Shown: piece by piece, positions 9,528 through 19,950 of the stretch | Numbering within the stretch: position 1 is the stretch's first letter | Layout of the letters: each line of letters starts with the position of its first letter | Assembly: GCA_963842085.1 (NCBI GenBank) | Contig: CAWJET010000001.1 | Coordinates: forward strand, 2,464,001-2,528,000 | DNA length: 64,000 nt | DNA from: an uncultured delta proteobacterium | GTDB taxonomy: Bacteria; Desulfobacterota; Binatia; Binatales; Binataceae | Reading direction: 5' to 3' | Notes under the pieces: model-generated | What the model was told of the DNA's origin: nothing | What the model saw: only the letters and a program-made list of their open reading frames with translations | Databases searched by the model: none | Program-made: the position numbers and the translations under genes

Positions 9528-9872
9528 ATGAATACCGTTATCCAGAAGCTCGAAGAGCGGGGCCTGCGCAAGGACCTGCCCGAATTCCGCGTCGGCGACT
9601 CGGTTCGCGTTCACGTCAAGGTCGTCGAAGGCGAAAAAGAGCGCATCCAATCCTTCGAAGGCATCGTGATCAAAATCAACCGGGGCGCCAGCCGCGCGAC
9701 CTTTACCGTCCGCAAGATTTCGTACGGGGTCGGCGTCGAGCGTATCTTCCCGATGCATTCGCCGCGAATCGACAAGCTGCAGGTGCTGACGCGAAGCCGC
9801 GTGCGCCGCGCGCGCCTGTACTACCTCCGCGACCTGTCGGGCAAAGCGGCGCGACTCGACACCGCGACCTGA
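9528..9872 (+). CDS. rplS: 50S ribosomal protein L19
   Basis: [24 protein letters not shown]; GVGVERIFP; [10 protein letters not shown]; GAGGT RBS before ATG 9528. Confidence 0.97.
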   Translation: MNTVIQKLEERGLRKDLPEFRVGDSVRVHVKVVEGEKERIQSFEGIVIKINRGASRATFTVRKISYGVGVERIFPMHSPRIDKLQVLTRSRVRRARLYYLRDLSGKAARLDTAT

Positions 9873-9891
9873 GCGGCCGCCGTATCCTCGA

Positions 9892-10293
9892 CTATCGGTC
9901 GTTGGAGGCGGCGGTCTTTTCGACGGCAGCCCGCGTCATGCGTACGTTGCCGTCCAGGTACGCGCCTTCGGACACCGTCAAGTTGCGCGTCTCGATATTG
10001 CCAAACACTTTAGCGCGCGGTCCGAGCACCACGCGCTCGCATCCGACGAGATCGCCGCGCAGTTCACCCATTATGAGCAGTCGCGGCGCGAAGACTTTGC
10101 CCTCGATCATTCCTTCTTCGCCGACCACGACCAACTCGACCGAACGAACCTCGCCGCGGAAGCGCCCTTCGATCCTGACCGGTTCGTGAAAGATCAACTT
10201 GCCCGAGACGTTGATGTTGCGGCCGACCGCTACGCGCGTGCGCGCTTCGGCCCACGCCACGCCTGCATCCTGCGGTATCTGTGTTGAATCCAT
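9892..10293 (-). CDS. Bactofilin / polymer-forming cytoskeletal protein
   Basis: Beta-helix repeats VRIEGRFRGEV, GMIEGKV, AKVFGNI, VSEGAYLDG. Confidence 0.85.
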   Translation of the reverse strand: MDSTQIPQDAGVAWAEARTRVAVGRNINVSGKLIFHEPVRIEGRFRGEVRSVELVVVGEEGMIEGKVFAPRLLIMGELRGDLVGCERVVLGPRAKVFGNIETRNLTVSEGAYLDGNVRMTRAAVEKTAASNDR

Positions 10294-10296
10294 CCG

Positions 10297-11334
10297 CTAC
10301 GGGGCCGGGAATACGTGGCACGCCACCGCGTGGCCGCCGCGCCCGGTTTCCAATTTCGGTTCGATGCTGCTGCACACATCTTTCGCATAAGGGCATCTTG
10401 GATGGAAGGCGCAGCCGGGCGGTGGGTTCATCGGGCTCGGCATTTCGCCGGGCAGCTTGATGCGGTCGGGTTTGTGCGCGGCGTCGATCGTCGGAATCGC
10501 CGAGAGCAGCGCGCGCGTGTAGGGATGCCGCGGGTTCAGGTAGATCTCGTCGCGCGACGCTATCTCGACAATCTTGCCCAGGTACATGATCGCGACGCGA
10601 TTGCTGATGTGCTCGACTACGCGCAGGTCGTGCGCGATGAACAGGTACGTAAGCTTCAGTTTCTCCTGCAGGTCCTGCAGCAGGTTGATTATCTGCGCCT
10701 GGATCGAGACGTCGAGCGCCGAGACCGGCTCGTCCAGCACGAGGAAGCGGGGATTCACCGCGAGCGCCCGCGCGATCCCGATTCGCTGACGCTGCCCGCC
10801 CGAGAACTCGTGGGGCAAACGATCCATCGCGTCGGCGCTCATCCCGACCATCGCGAGCAGCTCGGCGATTCGCCGCTCCTTTTCCGCGCCGCGCGCGAGT
10901 TTGTGAATCTCGATTCCTTCGCCGACGATCGCTCTCACGCGCATCCGCGGATTCAACGACGCGTACGGGTCCTGAAACACGAGCTGCATCTGCCGGCGCA
11001 GCGTGCGAAGTTCCGCGCGGCCGAGCGTCGAGAGATCGCGCCCGTCGAAATAGACGGCGCCCTCGGTCGGCTCGAGCAGTTTCAGAATCAGCCGTCCCAG
11101 CGTCGACTTGCCCGAACCCGACTCGCCCACCAGTCCCAGTGTTTCGCCGGGCTCGATCTCCAGGTTGACGCCGGCCACCGCTTTTATCGAGAGGTTCTTT
11201 CCGCCGATGATTCCCGTCGATCCCGCCGGGAACTCCTTGCTGAGATGCTCGACGCGAACCAGCGGCGCGCCGAACGCGGTTGCGGTGGTGTTGCCGGCGG
11301 GCGATGCGGGACTAGGCGCGGATGCAGGCGACAT
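10297..11334 (-). CDS. Dipeptide/oligopeptide ABC transporter ATP-binding subunit (OppF/DppF-like)
   Basis: [29 protein letters not shown] and GCAFHPRC. Confidence 0.93.
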   Translation of the reverse strand: MSPASAPSPASPAGNTTATAFGAPLVRVEHLSKEFPAGSTGIIGGKNLSIKAVAGVNLEIEPGETLGLVGESGSGKSTLGRLILKLLEPTEGAVYFDGRDLSTLGRAELRTLRRQMQLVFQDPYASLNPRMRVRAIVGEGIEIHKLARGAEKERRIAELLAMVGMSADAMDRLPHEFSGGQRQRIGIARALAVNPRFLVLDEPVSALDVSIQAQIINLLQDLQEKLKLTYLFIAHDLRVVEHISNRVAIMYLGKIVEIASRDEIYLNPRHPYTRALLSAIPTIDAAHKPDRIKLPGEMPSPMNPPPGCAFHPRCPYAKDVCSSIEPKLETGRGGHAVACHVFPAP

Positions 11335-12274
11335 AGTGGTTGGGGCCCTTGTTCTCCAGCGGCGGTTCCGCCGCCGAGCATTGAGGAATTACGCGCGGGC
11401 ATCGCGGATGAAATCTGCAGCCCGCCGGAGGATTCAGCGCGCTCGGAATCGAACCGGGAATCGCCTGCAAGCGGTGGTGTCGGTTGCCGTCGATGCCGGG
11501 AATCGAATCGAGCAATCCGCGCGTGTACGGGTTGAGCGGATTTCGAAACAGCTCCGCGCTCGGCGCTTGCTCCATCACGCGCGCCGCGTAGAGGATCGTC
11601 ACGTCGTCGGCATACTCGGAGACAATTCCGAGATCGTGTGTAACCAGTATAACGGCAAGGCCGAGCCGCACCTGCAACTCGCGGATCAGATCGAGAATCT
11701 GCGCCTGGATCGTCACGTCGAGCGCGGTGGTCGGCTCGTCCGCGATCAGCAGGCGCGGGTTGCACGACAACGCCATCGCGATCATGACGCGCTGGCGCAT
11801 GCCGCCGGACAACTGATGCGGATAGTCATCGATGCGGCGCTCGGGGTCGGCAATCCCGACCATCCTGAGCGCTTCGATGGTGCGATTGCGAGTCTCGGCG
11901 CGATTGGTGTGCTGATGAAGCCGGACCGCCTCGCCAATCTGGCTGCCGATGGTGAAGACCGGATTCAGCGAGGTCATCGGCTCCTGGAAGATCATCGCGA
12001 TCCGCGCGCCGCGGACGTGGCGCATCTCGGGTTCGCTGAGCTTGAGCAGGTCCTGATCTTCGAAGATTACTTCGCCGCCGACGATTCGCGCCGACTCGGG
12101 CAGCAGCCGCATGATCGATAGCACGCTGGCCGTCTTGCCCGATCCCGACTCGCCGACCAGGCCCATCAGCTTTCCCGGCGCGACGGAAAAACTCACGCCG
12201 TCCACCGCCCGCACTTCTCCCGCATCGGTGAAAAACGAAGTGCGCAGCGACTTAACTTCGAGCAGAGGTTTCAC
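11312..12274 (-). CDS. Dipeptide/oligopeptide ABC transporter ATP-binding subunit (OppD/DppD-like)
   Basis: [32 protein letters not shown]. Confidence 0.93.
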   Translation of the reverse strand: MKPLLEVKSLRTSFFTDAGEVRAVDGVSFSVAPGKLMGLVGESGSGKTASVLSIMRLLPESARIVGGEVIFEDQDLLKLSEPEMRHVRGARIAMIFQEPMTSLNPVFTIGSQIGEAVRLHQHTNRAETRNRTIEALRMVGIADPERRIDDYPHQLSGGMRQRVMIAMALSCNPRLLIADEPTTALDVTIQAQILDLIRELQVRLGLAVILVTHDLGIVSEYADDVTILYAARVMEQAPSAELFRNPLNPYTRGLLDSIPGIDGNRHHRLQAIPGSIPSALNPPAGCRFHPRCPRVIPQCSAAEPPLENKGPNHYVACIRA

Positions 12275-12326
12275 GTGAGGTTCAGCGTATCATCGCCCCG
12301 CCGCGCCCATCCAGACTGATCCGAAA

Positions 12327-12503
12327 TCATGCGGCGGTGGCGGGGTCCAGTCTGTCGCGCAGATGGTCGCCGAGAAAGTTGAACGACATCACCGCGAGAA
12401 AAATGAAAATGCCCGGAATCAGAATCCACGGGTAACGCGCGAGATTCTGTACGTCCTGCGCCTGCGCCAGCAGGTTGCCCAGCTCGCGGCCGGCTCCTAG
12501 ATT
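12327..12503 (-). pseudogene. Orphan duplicate of the last ~59 codons of the ABC permease (13255-13432)
   Basis: Aligns to 13255-13432 with 10 substitutions (8 synonymous) and a 1-nt deletion. Confidence 0.9.
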
Positions 12504-12874
12504 GCGATGCGGAGCGCAATTTCCTCAAACAGGACGTGCGGCACTTTGACTCTTCGCTTGCCCCGCGGCTCTTTTGCAATCCGCACAAGACCGTGCCGTT
12601 CCAGAATTCGAACGTCTTCCTGGACGTTCTTGAAATCGCGCTTGACCATTTTCGCCAGTTCATAGAGCGATCCGGGATGGCGGGTTCGGATCGTGCGCAT
12701 AAGAGCGAGCCTCTCACGCGTCAGAAAGTTACGGGCAGCCTCAATGCTCGTGAAGCCGACCTCGTCGCGTGGTTTCTGCGGAATGCGCCGCCCGGTCCGA
12801 ACGGCGTCGAAGGTCCTGGAGAAATCGTCTGCGAGTTGCGCCAGCGGCCCGATCGAAAATGTCACTGTCTTCAT
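12497..12874 (-). CDS. Putative antitoxin, wHTH (HVO_A0114-like)
   Basis: LTRERLALMRTI...PGSLYELAKMVKRDFKNVQEDVRILERHGLV; ATGA overlap with the upstream toxin. Confidence 0.8.
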   Translation of the reverse strand: MKTVTFSIGPLAQLADDFSRTFDAVRTGRRIPQKPRDEVGFTSIEAARNFLTRERLALMRTIRTRHPGSLYELAKMVKRDFKNVQEDVRILERHGLVRIAKEPRGKRRVKVPHVLFEEIALRIAI

Positions 12875-13167
12875 TTTTCATCTCCCGCGAATTGCCTTGC
12901 CTGTGCGAAAAAATCGGCGATGAGCCGCCGCGCCGTCGAAAACTTGTACGACTCCTCGTGGCTGCCAATGTGACGGTGGTGGCCCTTGGGGTGATGATTG
13001 TCATACAGAACCGCGGGCGTTTCTTCACCGGAACGAATGAACGCAAGCCGATAGCGAACACCTTCGGGGTGTCGAGTACTCTGCTCGACTTTCCACAGGA
13101 CAATCTCGTAGAGATTTCCTCGCTCGTCCGTCCACTTCCACCGCCTGATCAGTTTAGCCCGCGCCAC
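12871..13167 (-). CDS. Putative toxin, DUF6516/TumE family
   Basis: EIVLWKV...HPEGVRYRLAF...YDNHHPKGHHRH; paired with a wHTH gene. Confidence 0.78.
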   Translation of the reverse strand: MARAKLIRRWKWTDERGNLYEIVLWKVEQSTRHPEGVRYRLAFIRSGEETPAVLYDNHHPKGHHRHIGSHEESYKFSTARRLIADFFAQARQFAGDEK

Positions 13168-13182
13168 CCCTCAAGAGCCCTC

Positions 13183-13219
13183 TACATGGCATGATACGCC
13201 ATGTACTCTGGTCTTCCAA
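13183..13219 (-). promoter_or_regulatory. TA promoter with palindromic operator over the -10
   Basis: Minus strand TTGGAA-17 bp-TATCAT. Perfect inverted repeat TACATGGC-N7-GCCATGTA (13183-13205) brackets the -10. Confidence 0.7.
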
Positions 13220-13254
13220 CAGGCAATAACGCAAGCTCGCGGAGAAGAGAGGGA

Positions 13255-14337
13255 TTATGCGGAGGTGGCGGGGTCCAGTCGGTCGCGCAGATGGTCGCCG
13301 AGAAAATTGAACGACATCACCGCGAGAAAAATGAAAATGCCCGGAATCAGGATCCACGGGTAGCGCGCGAGATTCTGCACGTCTTGCGCCTGCGCCAGCA
13401 GATTGCCCCAGCTCGCGGCCGGCTCCTGGATTCCCAGACCCAGCAGCGAGAGCGCGCTCTCGCCGAGGATGTAGCCCGGAATCGAGAGCGTGGCGGCGAC
13501 GATCGCGTAGCCCATCACCGACGGAATGATGTGCCGCGTGATGATGCGCCAGCGCGACGCGCCCAGCGCGCGGGCCGCCTCGACGTACGGCCGCGAGCGC
13601 ACCGAAGACGCCATCCCGCGGATGATCCGCGCAAAGCCGGCCCAACTGATGAAGCTCATGATCGCCACGATCATGAAAAACGTCGCGACCGTGCTCATCC
13701 CCGACGGAATCACCGCCGCCAGCGCCAGCAGGAAATAGAATGACGGCAGCGACATCTCGATTTCGGACCATCGCATGATCAGGAAATCGACCGTCCCGCC
13801 GAGATAGCCGGACAGCGCGCCAATCGTGATGCCCAGCGAAAAACTGATCAGCACGCCGATCAAACCGACGCACATGCTCACGCGCGAGCCGTACACGATT
13901 CGCGAGTAGAGGTCGCGCCCCAGGCCGTCGCTGCCGAGCATGAAGTACGGCTCGCGCTCGCTGTCGGTGGTGAACAGGTGGCCGCGCGTGAACAGATGGA
14001 TGTCGAGCCGGCGCGAACCGTCGGCGACGAACGTGCGCGCGACCGGGTCCTGCATGTGCATCGGATGGGTATAGAAGATCGCGCGCGACCAGTCGGATGG
14101 CGCATTCAAGTGGAGCGACATCGGCGGGCAATCGGGCATCGCACGGTTCTGATAAGCCGGATCGTAACTCGCGAAGAACGGCGACGCGGCCGTCAGGAGG
14201 TAGAAGAAGGCGAGGCAGATCGCCGAGAAGCGAACGGTCCACGACGCCAGCCGCCATTCGCGGGCCACGCCCGACGTTTTTCGCGCGGATACCGCAGCGC
14301 CCTGCAGATTCGCCTGGATCGCGCTGTCCACGTTCAT
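13255..14337 (-). CDS. Peptide ABC transporter permease (OppC/DppC-like)
   Basis: LGSDGLGRDLYSRIVYGSRVS; EAARALGAS EAA motif; ESALSLLGLG. Confidence 0.93.
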   Translation of the reverse strand: MNVDSAIQANLQGAAVSARKTSGVAREWRLASWTVRFSAICLAFFYLLTAASPFFASYDPAYQNRAMPDCPPMSLHLNAPSDWSRAIFYTHPMHMQDPVARTFVADGSRRLDIHLFTRGHLFTTDSEREPYFMLGSDGLGRDLYSRIVYGSRVSMCVGLIGVLISFSLGITIGALSGYLGGTVDFLIMRWSEIEMSLPSFYFLLALAAVIPSGMSTVATFFMIVAIMSFISWAGFARIIRGMASSVRSRPYVEAARALGASRWRIITRHIIPSVMGYAIVAATLSIPGYILGESALSLLGLGIQEPAASWGNLLAQAQDVQNLARYPWILIPGIFIFLAVMSFNFLGDHLRDRLDPATSA

Positions 14338-14338
14338 C

Positions 14339-15319
14339 TCACTCGGCCGCCACCGACGAAAAATCCACGCGCGGATCCACCGCCACCAGCGCGATGTCGG
14401 CGAGCAGGTTGCCGACCAGCAGCAGGATCGTCCCCATCAGCACCGAGCCCATCACCAGGTAGATGTCGAGCGAACGCACCGCGTCGAGCATCAGCAGCCC
14501 CAGTCCCTGCAGGTTCATCACGGCCTCGACCAGAGCGGCGCCGCCGAGCAGATCGCCCAACGAATATCCGGCCATCGTGACGAACGGATTCATCGCGTTG
14601 CGCAGCACGTGCTTGTAGATGACGACGCGCTCGGACAATCCCTTGGCGCGCGCGGTACGCACGAATTCTGAATTTTTGATTTCGAGAATCTGCGAGCGCA
14701 TCAGGCGCATCAGTCCCGCCGTGCCGGAGATGCCGAGCACGAACACCGGCAGAATGAGATGGTTGATGCGATCGGCGATGCGGTTCACCGTACTGAGTGT
14801 CGAGTAGTCGGGCGAGTAGGTGCCCCCAATCGGAAACCATCCGGTTTTCAGCGCCAGGTACATCATCAGGAAGGCGAGAAAAAAGCTCGGCAGCGACATC
14901 CCGAAGAATGCGAGGAACGAAAGGAAGCGATCCCAGATCGAATTCTGGTTTACCGCGACGATGATTCCGATCGGAATCGCGATCAACCACGACAAGGTCA
15001 TGCTGCTGGCCGCCAGGATGATCGTGTTGACGGCGCGTGACGCGATGAGTCCGGTGACGCTGACACGGTACTGCAGCGAGAAGCCGAAGTTCAGATGCAG
15101 CACGCCCCACAGCCACTTGAAGTAACGGACCATCAGCGGCTGATCGAGGCCGAACTGCGCCTCGAGCTGGTGAATCACCTCGGGCGTGATGGTGGGGTTG
15201 AGCTTGAGATTCGAAACGAAGTCGCCCGGCACCAGCGACATCGCGAGGAACGAAATAAAAGTGATCCCCAGGATGAGTGGGATCATGTTGAGCAGGCGGC
15301 GGATCAGAAAGCGGGTCAT
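14339..15319 (-). CDS. Peptide ABC transporter permease (OppB/DppB-like)
   Basis: FGLDQP; RTARAKGLSE; KHVLRNA. Confidence 0.93.
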   Translation of the reverse strand: MTRFLIRRLLNMIPLILGITFISFLAMSLVPGDFVSNLKLNPTITPEVIHQLEAQFGLDQPLMVRYFKWLWGVLHLNFGFSLQYRVSVTGLIASRAVNTIILAASSMTLSWLIAIPIGIIVAVNQNSIWDRFLSFLAFFGMSLPSFFLAFLMMYLALKTGWFPIGGTYSPDYSTLSTVNRIADRINHLILPVFVLGISGTAGLMRLMRSQILEIKNSEFVRTARAKGLSERVVIYKHVLRNAMNPFVTMAGYSLGDLLGGAALVEAVMNLQGLGLLMLDAVRSLDIYLVMGSVLMGTILLLVGNLLADIALVAVDPRVDFSSVAAE

Positions 15320-15364
15320 CTTTTCAGCGGCCTGATACTTCGACGTGCGTGCGGCGCGGGATGT

Positions 15365-17092
15365 TCAGTCGGCCTTGAATTGAATCCACTCCGGCTTGTA
15401 CAGGCCCCACACTTTGGGCTGGTAATTTTCCAGCGAGTTTTTCCACGACGCGTAGCGCTGCGAGCGCACCGTCTCGAGTATCGGCAACTGGTCATGGAGA
15501 ATTTGCTGAATTTTCCAGTAGTACGGCGCGCGCTTGTTGGGATCCATCTCGGACGCGCCCTCGTCGAGCAGCGTGTCGATCTCCGCCTCCCACGGCGTGG
15601 CAGGTTTGGGTTGATCCGGATTCCAGAGATGAAGGTTGCCCGATGAGCGGTAGAAGTTCGCGCCATCGTTCGGCTCGATGCCGCCGGTGAATCCGATCAG
15701 CACGCAGTCCCAGTCGAAAGACGAATCGAGCTTGTCCACCAGCGTGGTGAACTCGAGCGGCCGATAGTTCACCTTGATGCCGAGGCTTTCGATATCCTGC
15801 TTGAAGATGGTGCACATCTCGTTGCGCTCGGGCGAGCCGGTGTTGGTGGTGAGATCGAATTCGAGGCGATTGCCTTTCGGATCGGTCCGCACGCCGGGTC
15901 GCACAAGGTGGTAGCCCGCCGCCTCGAGCATGCCGGCCGCCAGCTTCGGATCGTAATCGTAGTCCTTGAGATCCGGATTGTGGAAGATTTTATTCTCCGG
16001 CGAGATGTCCGCCACTGCCGGCACCGCGAGTTGGTGAAAGACCAGCTCGATCATCGATTTCTTGTCGATCATGTGCGCGATCGCCTGCAGGAACTTCAGG
16101 TCCGTGAACCACTCGAGCTTCGGATTGGTGACGCCGTTTTTGACGTAATGGCGCGGATTGCGGTTGAAGGTAAAAAACAGCGAGCCCGTGTCGCTCCCGA
16201 TTTGCTCAACCGCGATATCGAGTTGATGGTTCTTGACCTTCTCCTGTAACGGCGCAACCTCTTCCGTTCGCGGTCCGTAAACGTCGATTTGCCCCGACAG
16301 GTAGCGCAGGTAAGCGGCGTTCTGGTCCTGCACAATCGTCACCGTCTGCCCGTGCAGGCGCGGCAACTGACCGCCGTGCTCGTCCTTCATCCAAAAATCG
16401 TTGTTGTGCTCGTAGCGAACGAGCTGGCTCTGCGCGTAGCGCGTCATGCGATACGGGCCGTCGCCGACGAGCTTGTCCGGACTCGTGTCGATGCCCCAGG
16501 TGTGGTTGAAATTTCCCGCCTTCCACACCGGTTCGAGGATGTGCGCCGGAATCACCGGGATGCCGATCGAATAGAGCAGCGGTGCGAACGGTTTCGGAAT
16601 GTGCATGACAACGGTGTAGTCGTCGGGCGCCTCGGCGATGATGCGTTGGTGGTCGATGGTGATCGCGGGGCGGATGCTGTTGGGCACCTTGGGATCGTAG
16701 ATAACGTCGAGCGTGAACAGCACGTCGTGCGCGGTAACCGGCTGGCCGTCAAACCATTTCACGTCGTGGCGCAGATGAAACGTGATCGTCTTGCCGTCGG
16801 GCGCGATCTCCCATTTCTCAGCCAGCCCCGGCTCCGGCAGCGTCGTGACGGGGTTCAGCCGGATGAGGCTCTCGAACAGGTCACCGGTAAGCGCGCCCGA
16901 GGTCGCGTCGGTGATCAGAATCGGATTAAAGGTACGCGGATCGCTGGCCACGGCGGTGTAGAGGATTTGATTGATCGCGTGATCGTTCGCGGGCCGGTTC
17001 ACGCGGCATCCGGGGAAAAGCGCGAGCGCCGACAGGGCAATCGCGCAGGTAACAGCCGGCAAAATCCGGTTGCGCAAGTTTTCAGCTTTCAT
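15365..17092 (-). CDS. Peptide ABC transporter substrate-binding lipoprotein (SBP family 5)
   Basis: Lipobox FPGC; DPRTFNP; LAEKWE...TFHLRHDVKWFDGQPVTAHDV. Confidence 0.92.
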   Translation of the reverse strand: MKAENLRNRILPAVTCAIALSALALFPGCRVNRPANDHAINQILYTAVASDPRTFNPILITDATSGALTGDLFESLIRLNPVTTLPEPGLAEKWEIAPDGKTITFHLRHDVKWFDGQPVTAHDVLFTLDVIYDPKVPNSIRPAITIDHQRIIAEAPDDYTVVMHIPKPFAPLLYSIGIPVIPAHILEPVWKAGNFNHTWGIDTSPDKLVGDGPYRMTRYAQSQLVRYEHNNDFWMKDEHGGQLPRLHGQTVTIVQDQNAAYLRYLSGQIDVYGPRTEEVAPLQEKVKNHQLDIAVEQIGSDTGSLFFTFNRNPRHYVKNGVTNPKLEWFTDLKFLQAIAHMIDKKSMIELVFHQLAVPAVADISPENKIFHNPDLKDYDYDPKLAAGMLEAAGYHLVRPGVRTDPKGNRLEFDLTTNTGSPERNEMCTIFKQDIESLGIKVNYRPLEFTTLVDKLDSSFDWDCVLIGFTGGIEPNDGANFYRSSGNLHLWNPDQPKPATPWEAEIDTLLDEGASEMDPNKRAPYYWKIQQILHDQLPILETVRSQRYASWKNSLENYQPKVWGLYKPEWIQFKAD

Positions 17093-17972
17093 TTGAAGGC
17101 GTGCGGCCTGCGTCCAGACTAAGATTCATCATGGTGGCTCCTGGAGCCGGTGTTAGCACGAACGTCGAATCAGGGATGGCGCCATTGACGATCGGCCGCA
17201 GATAACGGAACGTCACCCGGCTGCCGGACGCCGGAAAAGCCGCGTCGACGACGTACGGAAACATCACTCCGCCGATATCATGATAGTCGCTGTAACGCAC
17301 CTCGTAATTGACACGGCCGTCGGCCGCCGTTTCCCGCACCATCGCGAGATTGCCGCCCGAGAATCCAAGCTCGCGAGTCCCCGACGCGCTGTTGCCGTAC
17401 GTCGCGACCATCATCGCGCCGTCGTTCGTCACCAGGTCCGGGTTGCTATTGAGCGCGAAATCGGGCGGCGCCAGTCCCATCAGCAGACCCACGGCGTCCG
17501 TGGGCGCCATCGGGATTCGCACGTATCGGTAAAGCGTGTCGGCGGTCGCCTGTCCGCGCATGAAGCGATTCTGTCCCGGCTCGAAGATCGAAAGCTCCGA
17601 GCCCTGTGCCGCCAGCAGCAGCGCCACCCCGAACGGTGCCATCGCCTCGACCCGCAGGCTGTCCGGCTGCCGGACGACGATATCTTCCTTCGCCTTCACG
17701 TGCTGAGCGCCGGCAGTGTATTCCATGACCGCCGGGGTCTGCATCGAGGCGAGCCGTTGGTCACGCTCGGCCAGCGCCGCGATCAACCTCTGGGCTTGAT
17801 AATTGTTCTCGCTCCAGCCCGGGATTGGCGTCTCGGGCTCTGGAACTGGCGGAGTGTGTATGATGAGGCAGGCGGAAGTTTCGAGCGTCGCCAGCAGGAG
17901 CATCGATACGACCGCCGCGAGTGAGGCTATTTTTCGGCGCCGAGCGCGTTCAGTGGCCCGCGCTGGCGGCAT
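17082..17972 (-). CDS. LolB-like / DUF4292-type lipoprotein
   Basis: Lipobox TSAC; RQPDSLRVEAMAPFG; downstream of a TPR protein as in typical TPR-lolB order. Confidence 0.6.
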   Translation of the reverse strand: MPPARATERARRRKIASLAAVVSMLLLATLETSACLIIHTPPVPEPETPIPGWSENNYQAQRLIAALAERDQRLASMQTPAVMEYTAGAQHVKAKEDIVVRQPDSLRVEAMAPFGVALLLAAQGSELSIFEPGQNRFMRGQATADTLYRYVRIPMAPTDAVGLLMGLAPPDFALNSNPDLVTNDGAMMVATYGNSASGTRELGFSGGNLAMVRETAADGRVNYEVRYSDYHDIGGVMFPYVVDAAFPASGSRVTFRYLRPIVNGAIPDSTFVLTPAPGATMMNLSLDAGRTPSNES

Positions 17973-19719
17973 TCTGCAGGACCTGGATTTTATCCTTGAG
18001 GCGTGCGACCTGGTCGGTTTCCTGCGCTTTCTTCAGCGCGTCCGAGTATTCGTGGCCGGCTTCCTTGACCTTGCCCAGCTTGCGATACGCGTCGCCCAGA
18101 TGCTCGGTGATCGTGGGGTCGCTGCCGGTCAGGTTGACCGCCCGCTCCAGCTCCTCGACGGCTTTCTGGTAGTCGCCTTTCTGATAGTAAACCCATCCCA
18201 GGCTGTCGACATAAAATCCGTCTTCGGGCTCGATGTCGAGCGCGCGCTTGATTAGCTTTTCGGCCTCGCCGAGGTTGGTGCCCTGTTCGGCGTAACTGTA
18301 GCCGAGGTAGTTCAGCGCCTGTGCATTGGAGGGATTCAGCTCGATCGCTTTCTTCATCTCGGCCATGCCCTCGGCGCGCTGTTTGTTCTGATCGAGCGCG
18401 GCGCCGAGCGTGAAGTGGAACTTGTCGTTCTTGGGATCGGCCGCGACCATTTTGCGCGCCAGCGCGATTGCCGCCGGGTAATCCTTCTTTTCCTGGTAGA
18501 CCCCGACCATGAAGCCCATGATTTCGGCGTCGTTGGGCTTCTTGGCCAGCGCGTCTTTCAGCGCGTCCAGGGCCTCGTCGTATTTGTTCTGCTTATCGTA
18601 CAGGTAGGCGAGCTGCAGGCGCGACTCGACGTAATGCTCGTTGTCGGCGGGAATCTTGTCGAACTCGCTGATCGCCTTGTCGCTTTCTGAAAGCTCCGTG
18701 TACACCGTGCCGAGATAGTAGTGGACGCGGTAGTTGTTCGGCTCGGAGCCGAGCACGAGGTTGAACTCGGTCGCGGCGTCGTCAAAATTACCCTGCTCGA
18801 CGTACAGCAGGCCGATCTTCGTGCGTGTGTCCGCGGGATTGGTCTCGATCTGTTCGGCGCGTTTGAGCTCATCCAATGCCTGGTCGTATTTTTTCTGACC
18901 GACCAGTATTTCGGCCTTGCGCTTGCGGACCAGCTCGTTGTTCGGGTTGATTTGCGTGATCTTGTTGTAGTAGACCAGCGCGTCCTGCGGGCGGTCCTGC
19001 CGCTCGCGCAACAACGCAAAATCAAGCAGCACCAGCTCCGATTGCGGATTGAGGTCGAGCGCCTTCTGATAATATTTTTCGGCGGCCGCGTAGTTCTTCG
19101 AGGCCACCATCACTTTGCCGGCGTAGTAGTAACCGAGAAACGAATTGGGATCGAGCGTGATTAGCTGCTGAAACGTCTTCTCGGCTTCGCCGTAATCGCC
19201 GCGCTTCGCATAGAGAGTGCCGAGATAGAGATAGGCTTCCTGGTTCTTGGGATTGAGGCGCAGGACCTCCTGGTAGTCCTTCTCCGCCGTTGTGTCGTCG
19301 CCGAGCGCCGAGCTGATGCCCGCGCCGAGCAGACGGGCGTCGGCGGAATTCGGATTGATCGCCAGCGCCTGGTTAACCTGGTCGAGCGCCTCTTTCAGCC
19401 GCCCGTCGCGGACGTAGAGCGTGGCCAGCCGAACCTTCAGCGCGGCGTTGGTGGGATCGTACTGGACCGCCTCGGCGTAATCCTTGAGCGCCTCTTCGCG
19501 ATCGCCTTCATTCATCGCGAACTCGGCCTTCAGGAACGCGCTCATCGCCCGTGCGTCCGAGGGCACCTCCACCGCCGGCACGCCGCCGAAGGGATTATCC
19601 CCGCCTACGCTGGCGCTGCGGACGAGTTCAGGTTTCGCATTCGTAATTTGTGAGCAGCCGAGAAACGCGATCGACGCGGCGCCGAGCGCAATTATCGCGC
19701 GTGTGCTGAAACCTATCAT
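17950..19719 (-). CDS. Tetratricopeptide repeat lipoprotein
   Basis: Lipobox FLGC; many TPRs; ALNYLGYS, DSLGWVYY and EHLGD motifs. Confidence 0.9.
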   Translation of the reverse strand: MIGFSTRAIIALGAASIAFLGCSQITNAKPELVRSASVGGDNPFGGVPAVEVPSDARAMSAFLKAEFAMNEGDREEALKDYAEAVQYDPTNAALKVRLATLYVRDGRLKEALDQVNQALAINPNSADARLLGAGISSALGDDTTAEKDYQEVLRLNPKNQEAYLYLGTLYAKRGDYGEAEKTFQQLITLDPNSFLGYYYAGKVMVASKNYAAAEKYYQKALDLNPQSELVLLDFALLRERQDRPQDALVYYNKITQINPNNELVRKRKAEILVGQKKYDQALDELKRAEQIETNPADTRTKIGLLYVEQGNFDDAATEFNLVLGSEPNNYRVHYYLGTVYTELSESDKAISEFDKIPADNEHYVESRLQLAYLYDKQNKYDEALDALKDALAKKPNDAEIMGFMVGVYQEKKDYPAAIALARKMVAADPKNDKFHFTLGAALDQNKQRAEGMAEMKKAIELNPSNAQALNYLGYSYAEQGTNLGEAEKLIKRALDIEPEDGFYVDSLGWVYYQKGDYQKAVEELERAVNLTGSDPTITEHLGDAYRKLGKVKEAGHEYSDALKKAQETDQVARLKDKIQVLQNAASAGH

Positions 19720-19950
19720 CGCTAAAACAGATTCCTGGGAGAAATTCTCAATTGCGGCTAACACCACGCCATTTCGATCATCAACGCGAGGTGTCCCGCG
19801 GCTTCACCACCGTCCGCGGACCTTTGCGCATCTATTACATTACAAGATCTCCGCCATTGGATGCGACCGTGCAACCCTCATTTGATTTGAGCCCATGCTT
19901 GCCACCACGCATCGCCTCGGCTAGGGAGGGGAGCCGGAGCCGCCCCGCAA

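Noticed and set aside
13223-13232. GCAATAACGC matching the IS1 target duplication
   Set aside because: Single short match with no TIR adjacent; expected by chance.
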